Assembly (NCBI GenBank): GCA_016932215.1
Contig: JAFGDH010000019.1
Location: 1,817 to 65,816, forward strand
Direction: 5' to 3'
Length of the DNA: 64,000 nt
DNA from: Candidatus Aenigmatarchaeota archaeon
GTDB lineage: Archaea > Aenigmatarchaeota > Aenigmatarchaeia > QMZP01 > QMZT01
Under the pieces are notes generated by a model. That model was given only the letters and a program-made list of their open reading frames with translations, did not search any database and was not told the DNA's origin. Below, piece by piece: positions 47,100 through 56,307 of this stretch. Position 1 is the first letter of the stretch. Each line of letters opens with the position of its first letter. The position numbers were made by a program, and so were the translations under genes.

Positions 47100-47627
47100 A
47101 TGGCGAAAAACCCGGGGGTTTTCGAGAGGTTCCCCGCCAGCACGGTCCTTATCTTCAACCTGGTCAATCTATCGGTGTTCGCCTGCGGTATATACCTCCT
47201 TTACCTGATATGGCCGGTTCTTGCGGTTCTTTTCGCGGTATACATAGCTGCAATGGAATCCATGGTCTACAGGGAAGGCTGCAGGAACTGCTGGTATTAC
47301 GGGAAGAGGTGCATGTCCGGACGAGGGTGTCTGGCAAAGATGTTCATGAAGAAGGGCGATCCGAAAAAGTTCAGCGAGAAGGATGTGAGCGCGAAAGCCT
47401 TCATCCCGAGCTCCCTCATAAGCGTGGTCCCCGTGATAGCCGGCATATACCTTTTCCTGCAGGGATTCGATTTCGTGCTCCTGGGGATAGGCGTATGGCC
47501 GATAATAGTGATGTTCCTGGGGAACCCGGTGATATACGGGGAATTATCCTGTCCCCACTGCAAGCAGTCGGAACTGGGCTGCCCCGTGAGCGAGTTCTTC
47601 ATGAAGAAGGCGAAAAAGAAGAAATGA
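47100..47627 (+). CDS. membrane protein with two Cys clusters
   Basis: 4 TM helices. CRNCWYYGKRCMSGRGC and CPHCKQSELGC clusters. Confidence 0.6.
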   Translation: MAKNPGVFERFPASTVLIFNLVNLSVFACGIYLLYLIWPVLAVLFAVYIAAMESMVYREGCRNCWYYGKRCMSGRGCLAKMFMKKGDPKKFSEKDVSAKAFIPSSLISVVPVIAGIYLFLQGFDFVLLGIGVWPIIVMFLGNPVIYGELSCPHCKQSELGCPVSEFFMKKAKKKK

Positions 47628-47633
47628 CCATTC

Positions 47634-48341
47634 TTATTTACCGAAGCGCCTTTGCCTCGATTCGAAGTCCCTTATCGCCTTCGAGAAGTCCCTTTTGTCC
47701 ATCTCCGGCCAGAACACGTCCATGAACACCAGTTCAGAGTACACCGACTGGTACGGGAGGAAGTTGCTTAACCTTCGCTCTCCCCCCGTCCTTATTATCA
47801 GGTCCGGGTCCCCGTAGCCGTTCGTGTACAGGTATGACCTTATCAGGGGATCATTTACCTCGGAAGGGGCGAACTTCCCTTTCTTAACGTCTTCCGCTAT
47901 CCTTTCCATGGCCTGGGTGATCTCCTGCCTGCCGCCATAGGCGATAGCCAGGTTCAGGATGTGGTCGTCGTACCCTTCGGTCATCTTCGCGACCTTTAAT
48001 ATGATGGCCTGAAGGTCCTCCGGGAGGACGTCCAGCTTTCCGATGAAATTGATCCTGGTACGGTTCTTGTGTGCTATGTGTTCCGGGTTGTTGAGGACAT
48101 CGTTCAGCTCCTTCTTCGCGAGGGAAAAGAGGTAGTTGAGCTCCCTTTTGGGGCGCTTCTCGAGGTTCTCGAGCGATAACACATAGAATGTGAGCGTGCG
48201 GATTTTAAGGTCCTTGCACCAGTCCATCACGTCCCTGATCTTCTCTATCCCCCACTCGTGGCCCTTCCATGGGGTCTTCATTAGCCTTTTGGCCAGCCTC
48301 CTGTTGCCGTCCGGTATTATTCCTACGTGTGCTGGGATCAT
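47634..48341 (-). CDS. uppS: cis-prenyltransferase (undecaprenyl-diphosphate synthase family, archaeal type)
   Basis: HVGIIPDGNRR, FYVLSLEN, IRTGGERRLSNFLPYQSVYSELVF. Confidence 0.9.
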   Translation of the reverse strand: MIPAHVGIIPDGNRRLAKRLMKTPWKGHEWGIEKIRDVMDWCKDLKIRTLTFYVLSLENLEKRPKRELNYLFSLAKKELNDVLNNPEHIAHKNRTRINFIGKLDVLPEDLQAIILKVAKMTEGYDDHILNLAIAYGGRQEITQAMERIAEDVKKGKFAPSEVNDPLIRSYLYTNGYGDPDLIIRTGGERRLSNFLPYQSVYSELVFMDVFWPEMDKRDFSKAIRDFESRQRRFGK

Positions 48342-48456
48342 CCAAAACCACCTGTCAAGATATAATAATATTCTTAAGTTATTTAAAATACTATTGTCCG
48401 GCCTTTTCCCCTGCGGAAACTGTCAGATATATATATTAATTCATGAAAATATAGGT

Positions 48457-49281
48457 ATGAAATTCGAATTGCACTGCCACTCTTTCCACTCGAGGGGAAG
48501 CAAGATAAAATGGGAATGCCTTTCCTCCCCCAAAGACGTTATCCGGACAGCCAGATGGAAGGGTCTCGACGCCATCGCCCTCACCGACCACAGGACGACG
48601 AAGGGCTGGAAGGAGGCCGAAATGGAGGCGAAGAAGGAAGGGATCATATTCATCCCGGGCCAGGAGGTCCACACGAGGGAAGGCCATCTCCTGGCGCTCG
48701 GAATAAAGAGGCAGATAACGAACGGAAGGCCGCTGAAGGAGACGGTAGACGAGATCCACGCCCAGGACGGCGTTGCGGTGGCTTCCCACCCCTTCGACAT
48801 AAGGGATGAAGGCGTAGGCGAGGGGATAAGGTACGCCGACGCCGTCGAGGTGTTCAATTCTCTCAACCTGGACCGCCTGAGCAACAAGCTCGCCTGGAAG
48901 AAGGCGAAGAGGCTCGGGAAGCCCATGGTAGCGGGCTCCGACGCCCATTCGATGGGAATGATAGGGACGTCTGTGAACCACGCGAAGGCGAAGGACCTGG
49001 AGGGCATACTGGATGCCATAAGAAAGGGCCAAATTTCGATGGAGAGGCGTTATATTTCTACACGGGTTCTTGTGGAGTGGGTCAGGGAAAGGTTCCTCAG
49101 ATCGTATTATGAGGTCATTGAATACATAAACAGGAACTATAACCCCGTGAAGGCAGCTTTCGCGAGGTTCATGCTCAACAAGTTCCTCAAGTACAGGAAG
49201 ATCCCGTGGGCCTTCCTGGCTAACATAAGCCTCCTGCTGACAGGGGCGTATTCTTTGATAAAATATATAGTGAGAAGCTAG
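48457..49281 (+). CDS. PHP-domain phosphoesterase
   Basis: ATG at 48457 (MKFELHCHS..). LTDH, GQEVHT, ASHPFD, AGSDAHS. C-terminal hydrophobic segment. Confidence 0.85.
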   Translation: MKFELHCHSFHSRGSKIKWECLSSPKDVIRTARWKGLDAIALTDHRTTKGWKEAEMEAKKEGIIFIPGQEVHTREGHLLALGIKRQITNGRPLKETVDEIHAQDGVAVASHPFDIRDEGVGEGIRYADAVEVFNSLNLDRLSNKLAWKKAKRLGKPMVAGSDAHSMGMIGTSVNHAKAKDLEGILDAIRKGQISMERRYISTRVLVEWVRERFLRSYYEVIEYINRNYNPVKAAFARFMLNKFLKYRKIPWAFLANISLLLTGAYSLIKYIVRS

Positions 49282-49301
49282 AAACGTCAGTTTCCCTGCG
49301 T

Positions 49302-49529
49302 TTAATCCACCAGATGGTTCTCGATCATGTATTCGTGGGCTTCAGGGGATTCCTTTTTGCACCCCCCGCACATAACGAATATGGAGGTCTGATGCAGATC
49401 GCTTCCTGTAGAGTCAATAAGTTCATTTCTGGCCTTCATCGCTTCGTCGTATTTCCCCATGCGGTATTTCTCGAAGCAGCTCCTGCACAATTCCGACTTT
49501 CTGATGTACCCGTCTTCGCTGACACCCAT
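49302..49529 (-). CDS. small 4-Cys protein (paralog 1)
   Basis: CRSC ... CGGC pattern. C-terminal EYMIEN similar to the neighbouring ORF. Confidence 0.55.
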   Translation of the reverse strand: MGVSEDGYIRKSELCRSCFEKYRMGKYDEAMKARNELIDSTGSDLHQTSIFVMCGGCKKESPEAHEYMIENHLVD

Positions 49530-49542
49530 ACATGATCACTAA

Positions 49543-49803
49543 TTATAAGAGTTTATTCTCTTCGATATATTTTTTCGCCCTTTTCCCTGTCCTTCCGTTC
49601 ACGCAGCAGCCCCCGCAGGCATCGATCAATCCCTCCCTGTGGGTCGTTTCACCGGGAGAGTTCCCAAACGCGTAAAGAACGGCATGGTTCACGTCGCCCC
49701 TGTATTTATCTGACTTTTCAGGATCGCCTAACATGGAATGGAAACTGCACCACCCGCACGAATCCGCTGCTTTCTTCAATATTGACTTGTCCATACCCAT
49801 CAC
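49543..49803 (-). CDS. small 4-Cys protein (paralog 2)
   Basis: CGWC ... CGGCC pattern. C-terminal KYIEEN. Confidence 0.55.
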   Translation of the reverse strand: MMGMDKSILKKAADSCGWCSFHSMLGDPEKSDKYRGDVNHAVLYAFGNSPGETTHREGLIDACGGCCVNGRTGKRAKKYIEENKLL

Positions 49804-49850
49804 TCAATATTGAATAAAAATAAAGAGAAAGGGATAAAAAATAATCCCTC

Positions 49851-51953
49851 TTATTTAACGAACATCACGAACTTGACCGCCAGTATGATTATTATCACCA
49901 GCACGATCAGCGCAAGCACGAGAACCTTCACGGAGTCCGCGCTCAGCTCCCCCGCGAATATCTGCGCGCTGGGAAGAGTTATGTTTATCGTCATCTCCGG
50001 CTCTCCCTGGCCCGTCACGTTCTCCGGCCATACAGACTCCACTGTTATGTAGAACGTGTAGCTGTCGCTCGCGTAGTTCGATGCTCCCTTAACGGTCACC
50101 GTGTACGTACCTGAAGTCACGAAGTAGTCCGGTGAGATGTACACGTAGAACTCCTTCATGTCCTCCGGGTCCATTACGGCATCGCTGGAGCTCAGGTAGG
50201 TCCATTCAGGCCCTTCCAGAGTCACCTCGTAGGCGTCCTTCCTCTCGCCCGTGTTCGTGAGCTTGAGGCGGACGGCCTTGCCGTAACCCACGTCGGAATC
50301 GACTTCCATGACCTCGCTGTCGCGAAGGTCGACCGCGAAACACTCCGCATTCGGCCTTACCGCAACCTTCATCACGTTTTCCTCGAAAACGTGCGCAGAA
50401 ACCAGCCTGAACGGTATCTCGTATGTCTGGTCCTGCGGGAAGAATGCGTTAAGCACCTTCTGGAACGTTATTTCCTCGCCAGGTTCGAGCGTGAATTCCT
50501 CCATGACCTCCTTCACTATCTGAAGCGAATAGGAGTCCCGGAACTCACCAGTGTTCCTGACGGTTATCTCGTAGAGGATCTCGTCCCCCACGCAGACGTT
50601 CCTTTCCATGGGATTTATCCGGAAATCCACCGAATAGCAGTTCTTTGCAAAAAGATCCACCGTGGTCCTGTCCTGCACCTCGCCGCTCTTTGCCTGGACC
50701 GTTAATTCCCTTTCCTCTCCCGGCTGCAGAGCGGACGTGTCGACCGTCAATTTCACCCTTTTTACCTCTCCCGGCGATACGGCCACTACGCCTTCCTCGA
50801 ATGTCCCGAGGTCGCTGGAGAGCTCATACATGTCGTCGACTGTGCCCGTGTTCTTCACGACCACCTCGTATTCTGCTTCCATTCCGTGGCAGAGAGCCTG
50901 GTCAGTCGGGTAAACCACGACTGCGACGTCCCTGCACTCTATTCCCTCGATGGAGGCTTGTACGTTCTTCTTTATTGCCGGAAGGCTCTGGGAACTTATC
51001 GTTACCTCGAAGTTCTTCCTTCCGAGCACGTTCGGCTTTACAAAAAGATCTATAATTCCCTCTTCGTTCGGCTCCAGGGATATGCTCTCTCTCTCCGGAG
51101 TGACGAAATCAGGGACGAAAATGTTGTATGTGTCTCCTTCCAGACCCACGTTGTCGATTATAAGCTTGTACTTGGTCGTCTTGCCCAAGCATACGACACC
51201 GTCAGAAGGCTTCACGTCGGCGTTGAAGTCGTAGCAGTTGATTATCCCCAGAGGAATGCTCTGGGAGTCCTTGGCGTACGAATCCTTCGATACGACATCA
51301 ACCAGTACCGCGAAATTCCCCGTGAGATCCGGCGGAAGTATGGAGAACTCCATCGCTTCGGTGTCCTGGGAGTCTATCCTCTTTTCGCCCTCGAAAAGAA
51401 CGTCCCCCCATGATGTCCGGATGGAAACGTCGAAATTCTCCTTTATTTTACCGTAGTTCGTGAGAGCCACGGTGAAATCAACATCGCTTCCCCTGCAGGA
51501 CTGTATCCTGTCCTCTGTCTCGATCTGCACGTAATGGCACGGCAGGACCTCGACGTCGAACGTCTTTATTGTGGACTGTCCCGTGGTGGAAACCTTTACC
51601 TTTATCTCATATATACCGGGCTTGGTATCACACGAAGGTGTGACATATATCTGCATGGGCTCGCTCGACTCGCCCGGGTCAAGCACCTTCTTGGCGTTAA
51701 CTGTGGTAACGTCAAGCGCAGAATGCATCTCAGGATGCCCTGTCCAGTCGGCAGGCATCTCGAGCTCGATGACATAACTGTGAGGAATGTCATCCAGATT
51801 CATTACATCCACCTGTACTTCTGTTACAGGCGTGCACGGACAAACAGAAACGAATTCCGTGGAAAGACTAACGTCCATATTGTAGGTCTGCGCGCTCACT
51901 ACCGGAGCCAGCATGACCGCCAATACAAGAGCAAACAATATTTTTTTGAACAT
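49851..51953 (-). CDS. CARDB/COG1470-like repeat surface protein (S-layer candidate)
   Basis: Signal peptide (..APVVSAQT). About 6 repeats of roughly 100 aa, each opening with C(H/Y/R/F)x(V/F) and a second Cys about 12 aa later. C-terminal TM anchor. Confidence 0.8.
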   Translation of the reverse strand: MFKKILFALVLAVMLAPVVSAQTYNMDVSLSTEFVSVCPCTPVTEVQVDVMNLDDIPHSYVIELEMPADWTGHPEMHSALDVTTVNAKKVLDPGESSEPMQIYVTPSCDTKPGIYEIKVKVSTTGQSTIKTFDVEVLPCHYVQIETEDRIQSCRGSDVDFTVALTNYGKIKENFDVSIRTSWGDVLFEGEKRIDSQDTEAMEFSILPPDLTGNFAVLVDVVSKDSYAKDSQSIPLGIINCYDFNADVKPSDGVVCLGKTTKYKLIIDNVGLEGDTYNIFVPDFVTPERESISLEPNEEGIIDLFVKPNVLGRKNFEVTISSQSLPAIKKNVQASIEGIECRDVAVVVYPTDQALCHGMEAEYEVVVKNTGTVDDMYELSSDLGTFEEGVVAVSPGEVKRVKLTVDTSALQPGEERELTVQAKSGEVQDRTTVDLFAKNCYSVDFRINPMERNVCVGDEILYEITVRNTGEFRDSYSLQIVKEVMEEFTLEPGEEITFQKVLNAFFPQDQTYEIPFRLVSAHVFEENVMKVAVRPNAECFAVDLRDSEVMEVDSDVGYGKAVRLKLTNTGERKDAYEVTLEGPEWTYLSSSDAVMDPEDMKEFYVYISPDYFVTSGTYTVTVKGASNYASDSYTFYITVESVWPENVTGQGEPEMTINITLPSAQIFAGELSADSVKVLVLALIVLVIIIILAVKFVMFVK

Positions 51954-52085
51954 ACGTACCCTCCATTAATGCTTTTAAATTGGGAATAAGTTTTTTATAT
52001 TTATCGCTTTTCAGTGGTGATTTTCCCATCATTTATTTATATTTGATTTTTTTCTCCTTTATTTTCTAGTAGTGACGCGTAGTCA

Positions 52086-55000
52086 CTATCTATATATCTC
52101 GTTTATTCCAGGCTCCCTTAGGTGCCTGAACCCGTAGTGCAAGACTACGAGGAATATGATTGTAACCACGAATGCCCCCACGAGTATCATGGATGCGGGC
52201 GATCCTATGAACATGCCCGACATGCCGCCGTATCCGTAGGTGTCCATCTCGCCCTCAGGCACGACGTACAAGTGAAGCATCTTGCTGTACCTGAAGCTGC
52301 CTGAGCTGACCGTGACGTTCATGGTGTACTTTCCGAGGTCTTTCGGGACCACGTAAGCGTAAACGACCTTCCTCCCCTTTACCGTGGTGTTGTCCGGGTA
52401 GTTTACCCAGTTGTCCGGCACACCTTCGATATGAAGGTCGAACACCCTCTCGTCTGGTGAATTTATCAGTATCGAAAATGACTTCCCCGTCTGCCATGGT
52501 ATGTCGAGGAATGTCTGGAGTATCTCGACGTACGTCCCATCCGTCGGGCCGGGTGTCGGTCCGGGGGGCTGGGGTGGCTGAGGCGGTTCTGTATAAGGAT
52601 AAACGGTTATCTGGCCGTACTTGTTGGCTGTCTTCCCGCATCGTATGAACGCTTCCGCCCTTATGTTATGGCTTCCGGCAGGAAGAGTGAAGTATATCCT
52701 TCCGGTCTTGGAATTGCCTGTCGAGATGAAGAAGCTTTCCCTCTTCTCGAAGGAGTTGCCGGAATATATGCTCAGGTCAACGGTTCCGGATACGCTTCCG
52801 CTGTTCCTTATAGTGTAGTCCACCCATGCGCTGCTGCCCACGTATACCGATGAGGGGTAGCTGAACTGGGTGAATTCTATGTTACAAGTGCTCGGAGGCG
52901 AGCCGTATCCTATGAAGACGCTGTCCGACGCGCTGTCGCTGTTGTCCTCGTGGTCGTATACCGTTACCTCGCACCTGACGTTGTCCCCGTCGTCCGTGTA
53001 CGAGGACGAAAGGTCGTCCGTCAGCGAAGCCGAGTATCCTGAAATGTACCTGGTCTCCGTTCGCTCGAGCATCCCTTCCACGAACCACCTGAACACGACC
53101 CTTCTGAGGTCTCCGTCATCGTCTTCAACCCTTACCCTGCATTCGAGGGTGTCGTATTCGTCCGGGTCGTCCGGGGTTATCCCGATGCTGTCTACAAAAG
53201 GATCATCATCGTGGCTTCCGGTCCCTACCTCTACCCTTACGGTATCGCTCCAGTCGCTGACCCTTCCGTCGTCGTCCCTTACTTTAAGCCTTGCGTAGTA
53301 GACGCCGTCGTCGTCATACGAGTGGCGGACGTAATCGTTGTCTATCCATCCGGAAGTTTCGCCATCGTCAAAATCAAAATAATATTCCTCCACAGTGCCG
53401 TCGGGATCCCACGAGGCGTCCCCGTCGAACCTGACGTTCTCGTCAACGTCCGGGTAGCTGTCGTCGACGTCCAGCTCTGCCCTGGGTGTCTGGTCGTCTT
53501 CCTCTTCCCCGACAGTGACCGATTCGGAGTACTTCATGTCGCTCTGCTGGTCCGTGTCGTACACTGTCACCCTGCACTGTACCCTGTCGCCGTCATACGT
53601 GTATCCGTCGTCGAGTATGTCCGTCGCCGTGTCGTATCCGCCGTTCACCTCCTTCGTGCTGGTCCTGGAAAGAAGGCCGTCTATGAACCAGTCGAAGATA
53701 ACATAATCAAGATTATCATCCATGTCCGAGAAAGAACCCGAACATGTCAAATCTTGTTGGGTGTTGGGGTGTCTTGGGGTGATCTCCACAGCTACAGAAA
53801 TAGGTGGAGCATTAGTTCCTGAGGAAACCATCACAGAATCGAAATCGCTGTGATGGTTCCCGTCGGAATCATAAACCGTTACCTGGCATCGTACGTTCTG
53901 CCCGTTGCTCGTGTAGGACGAGTCGAGCGTGTCGGCCGCGAAGTCCATGGTGTTCACCACGTTCTTGTCCACGGACTTCCTTATCACGCCGTTAACGTAC
54001 CATTCGAAGGTAACATAATCAAGATTACCGTCAACGTCCTGAACCTGCGCCGTGCAGGTAAGGGAATCTGTACTTCTCGGGCTTGCAGGTGTTATGCCGA
54101 CAGACAAGACCTGAGGCAATTCGCTTCCGTCAGGTCCTGCCGTGCCGACAGTCGTTGAAACATAATCAAACGCGTTTTCGTTGTCGATGTCATATACCCA
54201 TACTTCGCACTTCACCACGTCACCATCACTGGTGTACGCCTGGCCGAGGTCGTCGTACTGCGTCGAGGTCGAACCGGATATGTACCTCGTGGTCGAACGG
54301 ACCGAAACGTCGTTAACGAACCACTTGAAGGTTACCCTGTTCAGCCCGCCGTTCGGATCTCTCACGTCTGCGGTGCATCTTATCGTCTGGTTGTCGAGAG
54401 GATTGAACGGCGTGAGCGTGATGGAATCTATCCTCGGAAGCTCGTTGCTCGGATCGGAAATGTCAACTGCGATCATCCCCTGCGTGTTGCCGCCGTCGGA
54501 CGTTATGCTGACTATAGCCGAGCTGTGGCTTGTCAGGGACTGCGTGTCCACCGTAGCCGTAACGTAGCTTATACCTCCCTCTGCGGTCGTTCCGCCTGAA
54601 GGCAAAATTGTTAACCATCCCCTGTCGTCGGAGATGCTCCACGTAAGGCTTCCCGTCCCTGTATTTCGGATGCTGAAGGTCCACTGCCTCACCGCTCCCT
54701 GCGGCAACGCTCCGAAATCATGGTTGGGGTCGGCCTGGAGAACGGGCTCGTCTTCTGTGACCTCGCCCACGTTGATCTCCATGAAACCGGAATCCGTTCC
54801 GGCATTGTCCTGCGTGGCTATCGATATCGTTCCCGTGTACCTTCCGTTCATGTTTGATGTATCAACTACGGATACGGTCACGTAGTCGGGCTCGCCCGTG
54901 CTAGTCCCCGCGGACGGGGAGACCTGAAGCCAGTTCGGGCTCGAGCTGACATACCAGGAAAGCGTTCCCGCACCGGTGTTCTGGACGTAGAACTGGTACT

Positions 55001-56306
55001 GGAACGGAGAACTGCCCTGGTTAACGTTACCAAAATTATGATCGCCCAGGTTCGAAGTCATCAGGGGCATGTTCACCGAAGGCCCGGAGAACGTTCCGGA
55101 GCTCGGCAGACGGACGGAATTTCCCTGCCCGTCGTTGAATACAAAATAATAATTGTGGTTCCCGTTGGCGCTGAACGTCCTGCTGTAGGTGAACTGAACG
55201 CCTGAAACGTAACCTGTTCCCTGGTTCGTCATAGGATATGCGCCGCCGTTGTCAAGGTATACGAGAGCTTCCGTGGGAGCGTCTCCGTCAGCGTCCCTGT
55301 AATTCACGCTGTAAGTGAACGTGTCTCCCGGCTCCCCCGCGTTGGGGGTGACTATCCCGCCGGAAAGGACCGGCTTGGCGTTGGTCACAGCCTGCACGTT
55401 TACGAGGACGGTTACCCATGAGCTCCACTGGTTATCATTATCCTTTACCCTCAGCTGGGCGTTGTAGTAGCCTGCGCTTGTGTAGGCGTGCTGGACCGAG
55501 GACTGCGATGTAGGACCGGCGGTGACCCCGTCGCCGAAGTTGAATTCATACTGCGTTACGATCCCGTCAGGATCAGTGCTCCCGGCTCCGCTGAACGTTA
55601 TTATTGTACCAGGCTGGGGGTTAGGGTTGCTGACCGTAAGGCTGGCGGTCGGGTAATCCTGCTGCTGGCTTCCCTCGCTCTCGGTCGTGAACGACCATAC
55701 CGGTCCCTGGCTCTCCCCTCCGTTGTCGTCTTTTGCCGCGATCCTCCAGTAGTATGTCGTGTCGTAGGAAAGCGTCGGGAGGGTATAGGAGGTTGCCGAC
55801 TGGCCATTCGAATATAAAGTGGGACTCGCTGAAGTCCCGAAATAAACATCATACGTTACCGTATCCCCGTCCGGATCCGTTACGGAATTCCAGACAAGGG
55901 ATGAACCCGTCCTGGGAACGTTTGTTGCCCCGTTAGTCGGGCTTATGTACGACGGCACGTTCGGCGGGTTGTTCTGCGCCTCGTTGATATATATGCTGTC
56001 CGAACCGCTCTGCGCGCCCCCTCCGCCCGGGAGGTAAGTGATGCAGCTCCACGTGTCTCCTCCTGTCGTGTATGAGCTGGCCAGAACGTTCCTTCCAGCG
56101 CCCGCTACCGCGTCTGTCTGCGCGCCGGTCTTTCTCCACCTGAAGAACCAGTTGGTCGGGTTGGAAATTCCTGCGATGTTGCAAGTAAGAGCATCATTGT
56201 CGTACGCCGGATCGGGCGTTATGTAAACGTTAACCGTCTGAGCTTCCCCTATTACAGAAAGCATCAGAAACATCAAAACGAATCCTAAAATTATCAATTT
56301 TTTCAT
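52086..56306 (-). CDS. giant surface adhesin-like protein (FN3, 2x PKD, 5x Cys-pair repeat, CARDB-like, TM anchor)
   Basis: 1406 aa with a signal peptide. FN3 (aa ~113-208). PKD (aa ~218-305 and ~941-1027). Five ~95-aa ITPxxP..L.C...DG.L..V.F.W....YT..GD.V.C.V.V.D repeats. PQPP linker. C-terminal TM helix. Confidence 0.85.
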   Translation of the reverse strand: MKKLIILGFVLMFLMLSVIGEAQTVNVYITPDPAYDNDALTCNIAGISNPTNWFFRWRKTGAQTDAVAGAGRNVLASSYTTGGDTWSCITYLPGGGGAQSGSDSIYINEAQNNPPNVPSYISPTNGATNVPRTGSSLVWNSVTDPDGDTVTYDVYFGTSASPTLYSNGQSATSYTLPTLSYDTTYYWRIAAKDDNGGESQGPVWSFTTESEGSQQQDYPTASLTVSNPNPQPGTIITFSGAGSTDPDGIVTQYEFNFGDGVTAGPTSQSSVQHAYTSAGYYNAQLRVKDNDNQWSSWVTVLVNVQAVTNAKPVLSGGIVTPNAGEPGDTFTYSVNYRDADGDAPTEALVYLDNGGAYPMTNQGTGYVSGVQFTYSRTFSANGNHNYYFVFNDGQGNSVRLPSSGTFSGPSVNMPLMTSNLGDHNFGNVNQGSSPFQYQFYVQNTGAGTLSWYVSSSPNWLQVSPSAGTSTGEPDYVTVSVVDTSNMNGRYTGTISIATQDNAGTDSGFMEINVGEVTEDEPVLQADPNHDFGALPQGAVRQWTFSIRNTGTGSLTWSISDDRGWLTILPSGGTTAEGGISYVTATVDTQSLTSHSSAIVSITSDGGNTQGMIAVDISDPSNELPRIDSITLTPFNPLDNQTIRCTADVRDPNGGLNRVTFKWFVNDVSVRSTTRYISGSTSTQYDDLGQAYTSDGDVVKCEVWVYDIDNENAFDYVSTTVGTAGPDGSELPQVLSVGITPASPRSTDSLTCTAQVQDVDGNLDYVTFEWYVNGVIRKSVDKNVVNTMDFAADTLDSSYTSNGQNVRCQVTVYDSDGNHHSDFDSVMVSSGTNAPPISVAVEITPRHPNTQQDLTCSGSFSDMDDNLDYVIFDWFIDGLLSRTSTKEVNGGYDTATDILDDGYTYDGDRVQCRVTVYDTDQQSDMKYSESVTVGEEEDDQTPRAELDVDDSYPDVDENVRFDGDASWDPDGTVEEYYFDFDDGETSGWIDNDYVRHSYDDDGVYYARLKVRDDDGRVSDWSDTVRVEVGTGSHDDDPFVDSIGITPDDPDEYDTLECRVRVEDDDGDLRRVVFRWFVEGMLERTETRYISGYSASLTDDLSSSYTDDGDNVRCEVTVYDHEDNSDSASDSVFIGYGSPPSTCNIEFTQFSYPSSVYVGSSAWVDYTIRNSGSVSGTVDLSIYSGNSFEKRESFFISTGNSKTGRIYFTLPAGSHNIRAEAFIRCGKTANKYGQITVYPYTEPPQPPQPPGPTPGPTDGTYVEILQTFLDIPWQTGKSFSILINSPDERVFDLHIEGVPDNWVNYPDNTTVKGRKVVYAYVVPKDLGKYTMNVTVSSGSFRYSKMLHLYVVPEGEMDTYGYGGMSGMFIGSPASMILVGAFVVTIIFLVVLHYGFRHLREPGINEIYR

Positions 56307-56307
56307 A

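Noticed and set aside
52086-56306. Diversity-generating retroelement (TR/VR pair) in the repetitive adhesin
   Set aside because: The internal repeats are diverged at the protein level, with no near-identical DNA copy showing adenine-specific mismatches. No reverse transcriptase ORF is present in the window.
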